From: Sulfurospirillaceae bacterium
Lineage (GTDB): Bacteria > Campylobacterota > Campylobacteria > Campylobacterales > Sulfurospirillaceae
NCBI GenBank assembly: GCA_033723415.1
Contig: JAWVXD010000009.1
Location: forward strand, 1-64,000
Direction of reading: 5' to 3'
DNA length: 64,000 bases
Under the pieces are notes generated by a model. It was not told where the DNA came from and searched no databases. It saw only the letters and a program-made list of their open reading frames with translations. Below are positions 29,188-39,579 of this stretch, piece by piece. The position numbers and the translations under genes were made by a program. Position 1 is the stretch's first letter. Each line of letters starts with the position of its first letter.

Positions 29188-29553
29188 ATGTGTTCAAATA
29201 GTTTTAGAATCATTACGATGTTAATTTTCGCTCTTTTAGCTTTCATAACAAATCTTTTTATACCTAACATCCCTGTTTTAGTCTGGTATTTTGCTAATGC
29301 GAGCATTTTTTCATTTATACTGTTTGCCATAGATAAACTAAATGCCAAGAAAGATCGCATAAGAGTGCCTGAAAATAGTTTTCATTTTTTATCTCTTATC
29401 GGCGGAACTATAGGTGTTATGCTGGGCATCATTCTCCTTAGGCATAAGCTTGGTAATAAAGGTTTTTTGGCTATCCAGTTTGCTATTTTTATAGTTTATC
29501 TCATCATTGCTTTTTTTGTCATCAAAAATTATTCCGCCATACTAGGCATATAG
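29188..29553 (+). CDS. DUF1294 membrane protein
   Basis: DKLNA...RVPE, GGTIG, RHK. Confidence 0.8.
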   Translation: MCSNSFRIITMLIFALLAFITNLFIPNIPVLVWYFANASIFSFILFAIDKLNAKKDRIRVPENSFHFLSLIGGTIGVMLGIILLRHKLGNKGFLAIQFAIFIVYLIIAFFVIKNYSAILGI

Positions 29554-29562
29554 AAGTATTTT

Positions 29563-29967
29563 ATGGATGCTAGAATTTTAGAATTCATAACAAAACATCA
29601 TGTACTTAGTTGTTCTTTCAGTCTAGGGGATGAAGTTTACAGCGCTAGTTGCTTTTATGAGTTTTTAGATGATCCTGCAAGATTTATAGTCGCTTCCAGC
29701 GGTTCTACAAAGCATGTCAATATGGCAATACAAAATAACAATGTAGCAGGTACGATCCATCTTGAGACAAAAGAGATCGGCAAGATACAAGGCATCCAAT
29801 TTCAAGGTGTTTGGGGAAAAGCTGATATGAAAGAAATACAAGCTTACCTCAAAAGATTTCCTTATGCTGCTGCTATGCTCCCTAAACTTTGGCATATTAA
29901 TATTACATATATAAAATTCACCGATAATAGATTTGGCTTTGGTGAAAAATTAGAATTTTTTGTATAA
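29563..29967 (+). CDS. PNPOx-like / YhbP (UPF0306) protein
   Basis: ASCFY, TKH, VAGTI, IQGIQFQG, KFTDNRFGFG. Confidence 0.75.
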   Translation: MDARILEFITKHHVLSCSFSLGDEVYSASCFYEFLDDPARFIVASSGSTKHVNMAIQNNNVAGTIHLETKEIGKIQGIQFQGVWGKADMKEIQAYLKRFPYAAAMLPKLWHINITYIKFTDNRFGFGEKLEFFV

Positions 29968-29987
29968 TATAAACCAAAGGATTATTT

Positions 29988-31163
29988 ATGAGAAAATTAG
30001 CAATCATTGTCTTGTTTGCAAGTTTACTTTTATCTGATACCATACCTCTTTCAAATGAGAAAATAGAGCTTCTCAAACTTCAAAGACAAAAGATCGAACA
30101 AGATATCAAAAAAGGAACTAAAAGTTGGATATCGCCTGTGAGCATCTCAGTAAGTGCAACGAAAAGTCAAGATGCTTCTAGTGCTACCAGTGAAGTGAAA
30201 AGTGCAGGTTTGGGCTGGAATCAAGATATATTTCGAAGTGGCGGGATCGAGTACAGTATAAAGAGCGCAAAAGATATCGGTGCCGTAAATTTGCTTGGAA
30301 TTGATATAAACGAAGCAGCATATATCAAACAGGCATATACGCTAAAAGCTCAGATCGAGAGGGATAGATTAACTTATAGGCAACAAGAATTAACTCTCAA
30401 GAATAGTGATATCAATCTTCTGATAATAAAGGCAAAATACAAAGCCGGAAGTGCCGATATCACTGATCTAAGCAGATCAACGATAGATAGAGACAATGCC
30501 AGAAAAAATCTTATAGCTACGAAGAATATTTTACAAAATGAGCTGTTTGGACTCAAAAAACTCATAGGAAATAAACAAATTGACACTATTAAACTGCCGA
30601 ATATCCAGCTATTATCGGAAAAAGAATATATCAAAAATAATCTAGAATTACTCAAATACAGAGCTATGGATCAAAGTAATAACACAAGTTTGCAGCTTAC
30701 TAAATCTTCATATATGCCAAAACTTACTTTCGGAGCAAGTGCAGGTTACAGCAACTATAAAGGCAATATAGTAGGTTACAGCGGAGATCATTATAGTTAT
30801 GGATTGACACTGAGTATGCCTCTTGATATCAACAATAAAGCGACTATAGAGTCTGCTAGATTAGAGTATCTACAATCAAAAGAAGCAGGAATTGACAGGA
30901 AGTTGGAATTAGAACAAGAATATCAAATGCACATGAACAACATAGCTGATTTTAAAGAAAAAATATCTGTTGCAGAAGATATGATGAAGATGTATGATGA
31001 TCTATATAGTTTTACGGACAAGCAATATAAGGCGGGTTTTAAATCAGCTTATGATCTTGAGTCGTTAAAAAATTCTTTACAGATACAAAAATTAGAAAAA
31101 CAGATAGAAGAATACAATATAATAATAGAAAAAATCTCACTCTATTTTGATACAAAATTTTAA
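29988..31163 (+). CDS. TolC-family outer membrane efflux protein
   Basis: Signal peptide, SYMPKL, YGLTLSMPL; leads MFP/ABC operon. Confidence 0.85.
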   Translation: MRKLAIIVLFASLLLSDTIPLSNEKIELLKLQRQKIEQDIKKGTKSWISPVSISVSATKSQDASSATSEVKSAGLGWNQDIFRSGGIEYSIKSAKDIGAVNLLGIDINEAAYIKQAYTLKAQIERDRLTYRQQELTLKNSDINLLIIKAKYKAGSADITDLSRSTIDRDNARKNLIATKNILQNELFGLKKLIGNKQIDTIKLPNIQLLSEKEYIKNNLELLKYRAMDQSNNTSLQLTKSSYMPKLTFGASAGYSNYKGNIVGYSGDHYSYGLTLSMPLDINNKATIESARLEYLQSKEAGIDRKLELEQEYQMHMNNIADFKEKISVAEDMMKMYDDLYSFTDKQYKAGFKSAYDLESLKNSLQIQKLEKQIEEYNIIIEKISLYFDTKF

Positions 31164-31170
31164 AGGAATT

Positions 31171-32382
31171 ATGATGGAAGATCTAAAGAAAGTTGTCGAA
31201 TACAAAGGCAGCTCTATCAAATGGAAATTTATTTTTGTAATCTTCTTGATCATGATAGGAGTAGGCGGATATTTTCTCTACAAGTCAAAAACACAAAATG
31301 TAACTTATCATTACGTGACGCAGCCTCTGAAAGACGGTAATTTAACTATAACTGTATCGGCTACGGGTAATATACAGCCGATGGAAAGTGTTCAAGTAGG
31401 AACAGAAGTCTCAGGAACGATAGAAAAAGTTTTTGTATATTACAATGACAAAGTAAAAAAAGGAGAACCTTTAGCTCAACTTGATAAGACTAAATATCTC
31501 AGTAACTTGAATCAAGCAAAAGCATCTCTTCAAGCTTCCAAAGCATCTTTAGAAAATATGAATGCAAAATTAAATCAAGCAAGTCAAGTGATAGAAAGAG
31601 ATAAAAGCTTGAAAAAGAGCACAAAAAATGCACTGCCTTCAAAAAACGATTGGGATACCGATTGGGCAAATTATTTGGTTGCAAAGGCACAAGTAGCAAA
31701 TGCAAAAGCACAGGTCAATCAAGCTAAACAAGTGCTATCATCTTCTCAATATGATTATGAGCGAACGACGATATATTCACCGATTGACGGAACGATCTTA
31801 ATACGCAATATAGATCCGGGGCAAACAGTAGCTGCATCTTTTCAAACTCCGGTACTGTTTCAAATAGCAAAAGATCTAACCAAAATGCAGCTTCAGGTCA
31901 ATATAGACGAAGCAGATATTGCCAAAGTAAAAGCCGGGCAAGACGTTACATTTAGTGTAGATGCTTATCCGAATAGAAAATTTAAAGCCAAAGTTAATCT
32001 GGTTAGAGTCAATTCCGTTATAGTAGACGGTGTCGTGACTTACATAGCAGAGATCAATTTTGACAATTCCAATCTTCTTTTAAAGCCGGGTATGAGTGCT
32101 GATGCTGAGATAGTTACAAAGAATCTATCCCATGTATTTATAGTGCCAAGGTCTGCTATGCTTTATATACCTATAAATCCGACAGCAAAAAAAGTATTTG
32201 GATTTTCTAAAAAAGAGAAAGAAAAGGTAGATCAAAAGCCTCATGTCTGGATTTTGAAAAACAACAAGCCGGAAAAAGTTTATGTTAAAGAGTTGGGCAA
32301 TAGCGGCTCAGACGCGGCTATTTCATCAGATGGTTTGCACAAAGGTGATCCTATCATCGTCATGCAAGAAAAAAGCAAATGA
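31171..32382 (+). CDS. MacA-like membrane fusion protein
   Basis: VQVGTEVSG, IYSPIDG, GQTVAASFQTP, LKPGMSA. Confidence 0.92.
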   Translation: MMEDLKKVVEYKGSSIKWKFIFVIFLIMIGVGGYFLYKSKTQNVTYHYVTQPLKDGNLTITVSATGNIQPMESVQVGTEVSGTIEKVFVYYNDKVKKGEPLAQLDKTKYLSNLNQAKASLQASKASLENMNAKLNQASQVIERDKSLKKSTKNALPSKNDWDTDWANYLVAKAQVANAKAQVNQAKQVLSSSQYDYERTTIYSPIDGTILIRNIDPGQTVAASFQTPVLFQIAKDLTKMQLQVNIDEADIAKVKAGQDVTFSVDAYPNRKFKAKVNLVRVNSVIVDGVVTYIAEINFDNSNLLLKPGMSADAEIVTKNLSHVFIVPRSAMLYIPINPTAKKVFGFSKKEKEKVDQKPHVWILKNNKPEKVYVKELGNSGSDAAISSDGLHKGDPIIVMQEKSK

Positions 32383-33059
32383 TAAGTCTACGAAATGTAA
32401 CCAAATCTTATGGCAAAGGTGATGCCGTCAGTGTCGTTTTAAAAGGTATAGATCTCGATATAGAAAAAGGTGAGTTTGTTGCTATTATGGGACCAAGCGG
32501 TAGCGGGAAGTCGACTCTGTTAAATATATTGGGTGCTCTTGATGTTCCGACTTCCGGGAATTATAAATTTTTGGATGCTGATATCATCTCTTTAAGTAAA
32601 GACCAATTGGCACTTTTTCGCCGTTATATATTAGGTTTTGTTTTTCAAGGTTTTAATCTTTTAAAGAAAACATCTTCTTTGGAAAATGTGGAAATGCCTC
32701 TGATATATCTTTCTATCAATGCAAAAGAGCGTAAAAAAAGAGCTTATGAGGCTTTGAAAAACGTGGGTTTGGAAGATCGCGTTCACTACGATCCGGGTCA
32801 ACTCTCAGGCGGGCAGCAGCAAAGAGTAGCTATAGCAAGAGCAATGGTCACAAAACCTCAGGTTCTCATAGCCGATGAGCCGACGGGAAATTTGGATACA
32901 AAAAGAAGTATTGAGATCATGCAACTCATAAAGAATTTCAATGATGAGGGCATAACCGTTATAATGGTCACACATGAAGAAGAGATAGCGGCATTTGCTT
33001 CCAGAACGATTCATATGCGTGATGGCATGATAGAGAAGGATCATAAAAATGCTCTTTAA
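32379..33059 (+). CDS. MacB/LolD-type ABC ATPase
   Basis: GPSGSGKST, LSGGQQQR, ADEPTGNLD. Confidence 0.95.
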   Translation: MISLRNVTKSYGKGDAVSVVLKGIDLDIEKGEFVAIMGPSGSGKSTLLNILGALDVPTSGNYKFLDADIISLSKDQLALFRRYILGFVFQGFNLLKKTSSLENVEMPLIYLSINAKERKKRAYEALKNVGLEDRVHYDPGQLSGGQQQRVAIARAMVTKPQVLIADEPTGNLDTKRSIEIMQLIKNFNDEGITVIMVTHEEEIAAFASRTIHMRDGMIEKDHKNAL

Positions 33060-34263
33060 TGCCTTTTTACAAGCGATGCGAGAGATCAGACGTAATCTTA
33101 TGCGTTCATTGCTCACTGCCTTGGGCATTGTCATCGGCATTGCATCTGTCATAGCTATGGTAAATATAGGTAAGGGAGCAAGTGAATCGATAACTCAAAG
33201 CGTGAGTGAATTAGGCAGTAATACACTTTTTATCATGCCTGGACAACAACACGGCGGTCCCGGAGGAAGTTCTTCTATAGTCAAAGCTTTTAAGATGAGA
33301 GATATAGATGTGCTAAGAAATTCTATATTTTCGCTTTCCGGCATATCTCCATCAGAAAATGCTTCTCTTACGGTCCTTTATAAAGAGCAAAATTATCAAA
33401 CCACGATTTCGGGAGTAAATAATGACTACTTTAGCATACACAGCTGGGGTTTAAAAGATGGCAGGTTTTTCAATAAAAGTGAATTGAGAACAGGAAAAAA
33501 TGCCTGTGTCTTAGGACAGACAGTCGTCAAAAAATTATTTGGCTCCGATCAGTCACCTGTCGGTAAAAAGATCCGTTTGCAAAAATTTTCTTGTGAAGTC
33601 ATCGGCACTCTGAAGGCAAAAGGCGCAAACACATTTGGCAGAGATCAAGATGATATAGTCCTTGTACCGATCAAAATGTTCTTACGCAGAATAAGCGGCA
33701 ATGAAAATCTACATCTCATCATGGCCTCAGTCAAATCAAATATACCGTTAGAAGAGGCAACGCTTCAGATAGAACAGCTGATGCGAGAGATTAGACACGT
33801 AAAACAAGGTGCAGAAGATAATTTTTCCGTAAGAAGCATGGCTGCACTTTTGGATACTATCGGTAAGATAACTTCTGTACTGACTATTATGTTAGGTGCA
33901 GTTGCTGCAATCTCTTTGGTAGTCGGAGGCATTGGAATCATGAATATCATGTTGGTTTCCGTGACGGAGCGTACAAGAGAGATAGGAATCCGTATGGCAG
34001 TAGGAGCCATGGCAAAAGATATCTTGATTCAGTTTCTTATTGAAGCTGTCGTGCTCTCAGCACTTGGAGGTATAGTCGGGATCTTATTTGGACTAGGTAT
34101 TACGGTTATGGTTTCTAGTATTATTCATATCAATCTTATAATTGATCCGACTATTACTGTAGTCGCCTTACTGTTTTCGATGCTGATAGGAATAATCTTT
34201 GGGATATTGCCGGCTCGAAAAGCGGCAAATATGAATCCGATAGATGCGCTCAGATATGAGTAG
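33049..34263 (+). CDS. MacB-type ABC permease
   Basis: GIGIMNIMLVSVTERTREIGIR, PIDALRYE. Confidence 0.95.
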   Translation: MLFNAFLQAMREIRRNLMRSLLTALGIVIGIASVIAMVNIGKGASESITQSVSELGSNTLFIMPGQQHGGPGGSSSIVKAFKMRDIDVLRNSIFSLSGISPSENASLTVLYKEQNYQTTISGVNNDYFSIHSWGLKDGRFFNKSELRTGKNACVLGQTVVKKLFGSDQSPVGKKIRLQKFSCEVIGTLKAKGANTFGRDQDDIVLVPIKMFLRRISGNENLHLIMASVKSNIPLEEATLQIEQLMREIRHVKQGAEDNFSVRSMAALLDTIGKITSVLTIMLGAVAAISLVVGGIGIMNIMLVSVTERTREIGIRMAVGAMAKDILIQFLIEAVVLSALGGIVGILFGLGITVMVSSIIHINLIIDPTITVVALLFSMLIGIIFGILPARKAANMNPIDALRYE

Positions 34264-34286
34264 AAGCCACGTATTATATGGCTTCT
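34262..34286. terminator. Hairpin between convergent permease and luxS
   Basis: AGAAGCCA...TGGCTTCT. Confidence 0.55.
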
Positions 34287-34291
34287 GATTT

Positions 34292-34792
34292 TTAGATTTT
34301 GGATAGATCCAGTTTTAGATCTTCATTATTCATGACTCCGACATCTTTGTCTAGAATCTTTTTTGCGATTTGCTTCGCTTCATCTAAAGAGTGCATTTTA
34401 TATGAACCACACTGATAAAGATTTAGCTCAGGTATATCTTTTTGATCTTTTACTTCCAATACGTCTTGCATAGAGTCTTTCCAAGCTTTTGCTACTTCAG
34501 TTTCTTTTGGATCTCCTATCAAACTCATATAAAAACCTGTGCGACATCCCATAGGTGAGATATCAATGATCTCTACTCCTTCGCGGTTTAGATGATCTCT
34601 CATAAATCCGGCAAAAAGATGCTCCAAAGTATGGATTCCTCTCTCCGGAAGCATATCTTTGTTTGGTTGGCAAAAACGCAGATCAAAGACCGTTATCTCA
34701 TCTCCGGATGGTGTTTTCATATGTTTTGCAACTCTTACTGCAGGGGCTGGCATTATTGTGTGGTCTACTGTAAAACTGTCAAGTAACGGCAT
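34292..34792 (-). CDS. luxS: S-ribosylhomocysteine lyase
   Basis: [23 protein letters not shown]. Confidence 0.97.
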   Translation of the reverse strand: MPLLDSFTVDHTIMPAPAVRVAKHMKTPSGDEITVFDLRFCQPNKDMLPERGIHTLEHLFAGFMRDHLNREGVEIIDISPMGCRTGFYMSLIGDPKETEVAKAWKDSMQDVLEVKDQKDIPELNLYQCGSYKMHSLDEAKQIAKKILDKDVGVMNNEDLKLDLSKI

Positions 34793-34914
34793 AAATTATT
34801 CCTTCTTTTATATTTTTTTGCATTATACTAAAATCATTGATATAGCTCAATTAGAATTGTATATTTTTTTATTATAATACAAAGTTCAAATAAATCTACT
34901 TAAAGGAAAAAAGA

Positions 34915-35109
34915 ATGGAAATCAACAATATGCAAGTTTGCAATGTCTGTTTATCACCGAGTGATGATGGAAATAAACGAGTTTATGTAAAAGCAATGTG
35001 TGAAGGTGAGGAAGTCCATATTTGTACTTCTTGTATACCAAGAGTCATACATGAAAGCGGTGAGTTAGTCAAAACAAACGAGGAAGTTAAAAAATCATTA
35101 TCTCTGTAA
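34915..35109 (+). CDS. Small CxxC...CxxC protein
   Basis: AAGGA RBS, TATAAT upstream; CNVC and CTSC. Confidence 0.7.
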   Translation: MEINNMQVCNVCLSPSDDGNKRVYVKAMCEGEEVHICTSCIPRVIHESGELVKTNEEVKKSLSL

Positions 35110-35115
35110 AAGTGT

Positions 35116-35139
35116 AGCGGAGAGGTTTCCCTCTCCGCT
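35116..35139. terminator. GC-rich hairpin between convergent genes
   Basis: AGCGGAGAGG-tttc-CCTCTCCGCT. Confidence 0.75.
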
Positions 35140-35147
35140 GTTATTTA

Positions 35148-38100
35148 TTATTCTACTTCGTTAGAATAGTCAGCTTCTGCCATTCTCTTTAATTGTCTCC
35201 ATCTGAATTTCGCATCGTTTTTGTTCTTTTCAAACATTGCCGCTGCATGTTCCGGATGTGATTTTTTCAATGAAGCATATCTTACTTCGTGCATCAAGAA
35301 ATCTTCATAAAGATCCCAATCAGGCTCTTTACCGCTGATCTTGATAGGATTTTTGCCTTCTTTCATCAATCTTGGATCGTATGTATAAATCGGCCAGTAT
35401 CCACATTTTGTTGCTAGTTCTGCCTGATTTCCAGATTGTGCCAATCCACCTTTGATACCGTGAGCGATACAAGGAGAGTAAGCAATAACCAAAGAAACTC
35501 CAGGATACTCTTCAGCTTCCTTCATGACTTTTAAAGTTTGAGCTTGAGAAGCATTTGAGTTGATCTGTGCAACATAGATATTACCGTAAGTCATAGTGAT
35601 ATAACCGAGGTCTTTTTTCTGTACCGGTTTACCTGAAGCAGTAAATTCAGAAACAGAACCGCTTCTAGATGCTTTTGAGCTTTGTCCTCCGGTGTTCGAA
35701 TACACTTCTGTATCAAGAACCAAGATATTGACATCTTCGCCGCTTGCACTTACATGATCTAATCCACCGTATCCGATGTCATAAGCCCAGCCGTCGCCGC
35801 CTACTATCCATTGAGATTTTTTAGCTATGTATCTCTTTAGCGTATAAAGTTCTGCGATACTTGGGATATCTAAATGCTCTTCTAGAAGAGGCACTAATCT
35901 ATCTCTTATTTCTGCTGTTTTAACTCTGTCATTTTTATACTCAAGGAAGTCTTTATATAGAGCTGCTATCGCATTTGGAACTTCTTGGATAGAGTTTGAC
36001 ATGATGTTTGCAACTCTATTTCTAATAGTCTCATTTGCTATATGCATACCCATACCAAATTCTGCATTATCTTCGAACAATGAGTTAGCCCATGCAGGTC
36101 CGTGTCCTTTTGCATTTGTCGTATATGGAGTTGATGGCATTGATGCACCATAGATCGAAGAACAACCTGTTGCATTTGCTATCATCATGTGATCTCCGTA
36201 TAGTTGCGTAGCCAAGTTAATATACGGTGTTTCACCACAACCAGGACATGCACCGTGGAACTCTAGTAAAGGTTGAGCAAATTGTGAACCTTTAACGGTT
36301 GATTTGTTTACAAGATCATCTTTATAAGTCACTTCTTTAAATAGGTAGTCTGCATTTTCTTGCTCACCTTTGTCAAGTTCTTGATTTATAGGAACCATGA
36401 CCAAAGATTTTTCTTTTGTAGGACAGATTTCAACACAAAGATCACATCCTGTACAATCTAGTGTAGAGACTTGAATTTTGTATTTTAGACCTTTAAGTTC
36501 TTTACCTTTTGCTTCTAAAACATGGTTCTTAACGCCGACAGGTGCATTTGCAAGTTCTTCATCATTGATCAAGAATGGTCTGATAACAGAGTGAGGACAA
36601 ACAAAAGCACACTGGTTACATTGGATACAAGTATCTTCATGCCACTCAGGAACCATTGTTGCAACGCCTCTTTTTTCTGTTGCAGTTGAGCCGTTTTCTG
36701 CCGTACCGTCTGGTCTTTCATAAAATACAGAAACCGGAATTTCATCACCGAGGGCTGCATTCATAGGTTTACAGATTGTCTCAACATATTTGCTTCCTGT
36801 ATATTTACTAGGAACTGCCAGTGATATCTCATCTTTGAGGTTAGCCCAAGCCGGATCTACTGTGACTTGCTCTAGTCCTGCTTCTCCGCTGTCAATAGCT
36901 TTGTAGTTCATCTGAACTATATTTTCACCTTTTTTGATGTATGATTTGTGAGCGAACTCTTTCATAAAAGTTTTAGCTTCTTCATAGTCTATGATATTTG
37001 CCAATTTAAAAAATGCTGATTGCATTATAGTATTTGTTCTATTTCCTAGTCCGATATCACGTGCTATCTTAGTAGCGTTTATAACATAAAATTTTGCATT
37101 TCTTTCAGCCAAAATTCTTTTTACTTTATTTGGAATTCTTTTTGCTGTTTCTTCTGCATCCCAGATAGAGTTCAATAAGAATGTACCGTTGTTTTTGATA
37201 CCGCCGACAACATCGTATATGTCAAGATAAGCTGCAACAGAACACGCAACAAAGTCAGGTCTTGTTACAAGATAAGTTGATCTGATCGGAGTTTTACCGA
37301 ATCTCAAGTGGCTTCTTGTGTAACCGCCTGATTTTTTTGAGTCGTATGCAAAATAAGCTTGTGCATATAAGTCTGTCTTGTCACCGATGATCTTTACAGA
37401 GTTTTTATTTGCTCCGACAGTACCATCAGCTCCCAGTCCATAAAATAGACACTCGACTATGCCTTCTCCGCCAAGTGACATATTTTCACCGGAAGTAAGC
37501 GATTTGAAAGTTACGTCATCTACTATACCTATAGTAAAATCTGTTTTTGGTTCTTTTTCTTCTAGATTTTTGTAAACAGCTATGATCTGAGCAGGATTTG
37601 TATCTTTTGAAGACAATCCATATCTTCCGCCGACTACTATCGGAGCATCTTCTTTCCCGTAAAATGCTGATTTTATATCTAAGAAAAGTGGTTCACCTAG
37701 GCTTCCAGGCTCTTTTGTTCTATCTAGTACTGCAATTTTTTTGATAGTCTTAGGAAGAACGGCAAAAAAGTGCTTTAAGCTAAATGGTCTATATAGATGT
37801 ACATTTACAAGACCGACTTTTTCACCTTTGCTTCTCAAGTGATCTATAGTTTCTTTTATAGTTTCGTTTACCGATCCCATAGCGATTATAACTCTATCAG
37901 CTTCAGGGTCTCCATAATATACGAACGGCTTATATTCTCTTCCGGTTACTTTCGAGATCTCATCCATATAATCAGCTACAATATCAGGTACTGCATCATA
38001 AAATTTGTTTTGTGCTTCTCTTCCTTGGAAGTAGATATCATCGTTTTGTGCTGTTCCTCTAGTTTTTGGTGCTTCTGGATTCAAAGCTTCATCTCTAAAT

Positions 38101-38705
38101 TTTGCAACTGCTTCTTTATCTAAAAGTCTGTCATAAACTGCATAATCCATTACTTCGATTTTTTGAATTTCATGTGATGTTCTAAATCCGTCAAAAAAAT
38201 GTAAGAAAGGTACTCTACCTTTTATGGCTGCAAGGTGAGCAATTCCTCCTAAATCCATCGCATCTTGAACTGAACTAGAAGCTAGCATTGCAAATCCGGT
38301 TGCACGAGCGGAACAAACGTCTTGGTGATCTCCAAAAATAGAAAGTGCATGAGTTGCTAATGATCTTGCTGCAACGTGTATTACGGCTGGTAAAAGTTGT
38401 CCGGCCATTTTGTACATATTTGGAATTTTTAATAATAATCCTTGTGATGCTGTATAAGTTGTTGTCAATGCTCCTGATTGAAGTGATCCATGAACTGCTC
38501 CGGCTGCTCCGCCTTCACTTTGCATCTCTACCACTTTAACAGGCATTCCGAATAAATTTTTCTTTCCTTGCGATGCCCACATATCAACGTGATCTGCCAT
38601 AGGTGAAGAAGGTGTTATCGGGTAAATCCCGGCAACTTCCGTAAAAGCATAAGAAGCATAAGCTGCTGCTTCATTTCCGTCCATCGTTTTCATGACTTTA
38701 GCCAT
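35148..38705 (-). CDS. nifJ: Pyruvate:ferredoxin/flavodoxin oxidoreductase, single chain
   Basis: YPITPSS, two CxxCxxCxxxCP, GACPGCGE, GGDGWAYDIG. Confidence 0.97.
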   Translation of the reverse strand: MAKVMKTMDGNEAAAYASYAFTEVAGIYPITPSSPMADHVDMWASQGKKNLFGMPVKVVEMQSEGGAAGAVHGSLQSGALTTTYTASQGLLLKIPNMYKMAGQLLPAVIHVAARSLATHALSIFGDHQDVCSARATGFAMLASSSVQDAMDLGGIAHLAAIKGRVPFLHFFDGFRTSHEIQKIEVMDYAVYDRLLDKEAVAKFRDEALNPEAPKTRGTAQNDDIYFQGREAQNKFYDAVPDIVADYMDEISKVTGREYKPFVYYGDPEADRVIIAMGSVNETIKETIDHLRSKGEKVGLVNVHLYRPFSLKHFFAVLPKTIKKIAVLDRTKEPGSLGEPLFLDIKSAFYGKEDAPIVVGGRYGLSSKDTNPAQIIAVYKNLEEKEPKTDFTIGIVDDVTFKSLTSGENMSLGGEGIVECLFYGLGADGTVGANKNSVKIIGDKTDLYAQAYFAYDSKKSGGYTRSHLRFGKTPIRSTYLVTRPDFVACSVAAYLDIYDVVGGIKNNGTFLLNSIWDAEETAKRIPNKVKRILAERNAKFYVINATKIARDIGLGNRTNTIMQSAFFKLANIIDYEEAKTFMKEFAHKSYIKKGENIVQMNYKAIDSGEAGLEQVTVDPAWANLKDEISLAVPSKYTGSKYVETICKPMNAALGDEIPVSVFYERPDGTAENGSTATEKRGVATMVPEWHEDTCIQCNQCAFVCPHSVIRPFLINDEELANAPVGVKNHVLEAKGKELKGLKYKIQVSTLDCTGCDLCVEICPTKEKSLVMVPINQELDKGEQENADYLFKEVTYKDDLVNKSTVKGSQFAQPLLEFHGACPGCGETPYINLATQLYGDHMMIANATGCSSIYGASMPSTPYTTNAKGHGPAWANSLFEDNAEFGMGMHIANETIRNRVANIMSNSIQEVPNAIAALYKDFLEYKNDRVKTAEIRDRLVPLLEEHLDIPSIAELYTLKRYIAKKSQWIVGGDGWAYDIGYGGLDHVSASGEDVNILVLDTEVYSNTGGQSSKASRSGSVSEFTASGKPVQKKDLGYITMTYGNIYVAQINSNASQAQTLKVMKEAEEYPGVSLVIAYSPCIAHGIKGGLAQSGNQAELATKCGYWPIYTYDPRLMKEGKNPIKISGKEPDWDLYEDFLMHEVRYASLKKSHPEHAAAMFEKNKNDAKFRWRQLKRMAEADYSNEVE

Positions 38706-38913
38706 AATGTTCCCCTTTGTTAAATTTCATTTTATTACAATATAAATAGTTAACCCAATGATTGCGCCTATTGTACTTTTTGCAATCTTAATAATTTATT
38801 AATGGGTTATTTTATCTCATATTAAATTAAGAATCTAGCGATAAAAAACACTAGTTTACTTTTTTTATACTATCTAAATAGTATGACAATTTTATAATAA
38901 ATTCTTAGATTTT

Positions 38914-39552
38914 TTATAAATTTCCCCGTATAAACTTAACTGCGTCATGTGAATTTTGATGTATGTTAGAAGTTGTAGATTCTAATGCATCCTTTGTCCC
39001 GTATCCGCAAAGAACGGCACAAGTTTTGATCCCTGCTTCATTTGCACTTAACATATCCATCGGAGTATCTCCTATCATCCATGCAAATTCTTTATTGCAG
39101 TTTAACAATGATAATGCCTTGAGTACAGGCTCAGGGTGAGGTTTTGGGTTTTGAACGTCTTCTCTACCTATTATAACTGTAAAATAGTGTAAGATTCCCA
39201 AATGCTCTAGTAGTTCTATCGAGTATCTTTTTGTTTTAGTTGTGACTATGCCCAAGGTTGAAAATCGTTTAGCTTCTTCCAGTGCTTCTTTTACATAGGG
39301 TAAAAGTGTAGTTTGTTCGCTTGAGATCTTTCTATAATGTTTTTTATACTCAGCGATAATTGAATCTATTTGACTTTTTTGAACGCCCAACTCTTCGTAC
39401 ATGATATCAAGAGGATGCCCTATAAGAGATTTGATTAATTCATCGTTTGGGGATTTTATATCAAAGTATTTAAAGCTAACATGAAAGCTCTCTAGTATAG
39501 CATCTGTTGAGTCTATAAGCGTACCATCTAAATCAAAAAGTATCGTCGTCAT
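38914..39552 (-). CDS. HAD hydrolase (phosphoglycolate phosphatase-like)
   Basis: FDLDGTL, KPHPEP, IGDT. Confidence 0.9.
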   Translation of the reverse strand: MTTILFDLDGTLIDSTDAILESFHVSFKYFDIKSPNDELIKSLIGHPLDIMYEELGVQKSQIDSIIAEYKKHYRKISSEQTTLLPYVKEALEEAKRFSTLGIVTTKTKRYSIELLEHLGILHYFTVIIGREDVQNPKPHPEPVLKALSLLNCNKEFAWMIGDTPMDMLSANEAGIKTCAVLCGYGTKDALESTTSNIHQNSHDAVKFIRGNL

Positions 39553-39579
39553 ATCGTGTCCTATTAATTTTTCGCAAAA

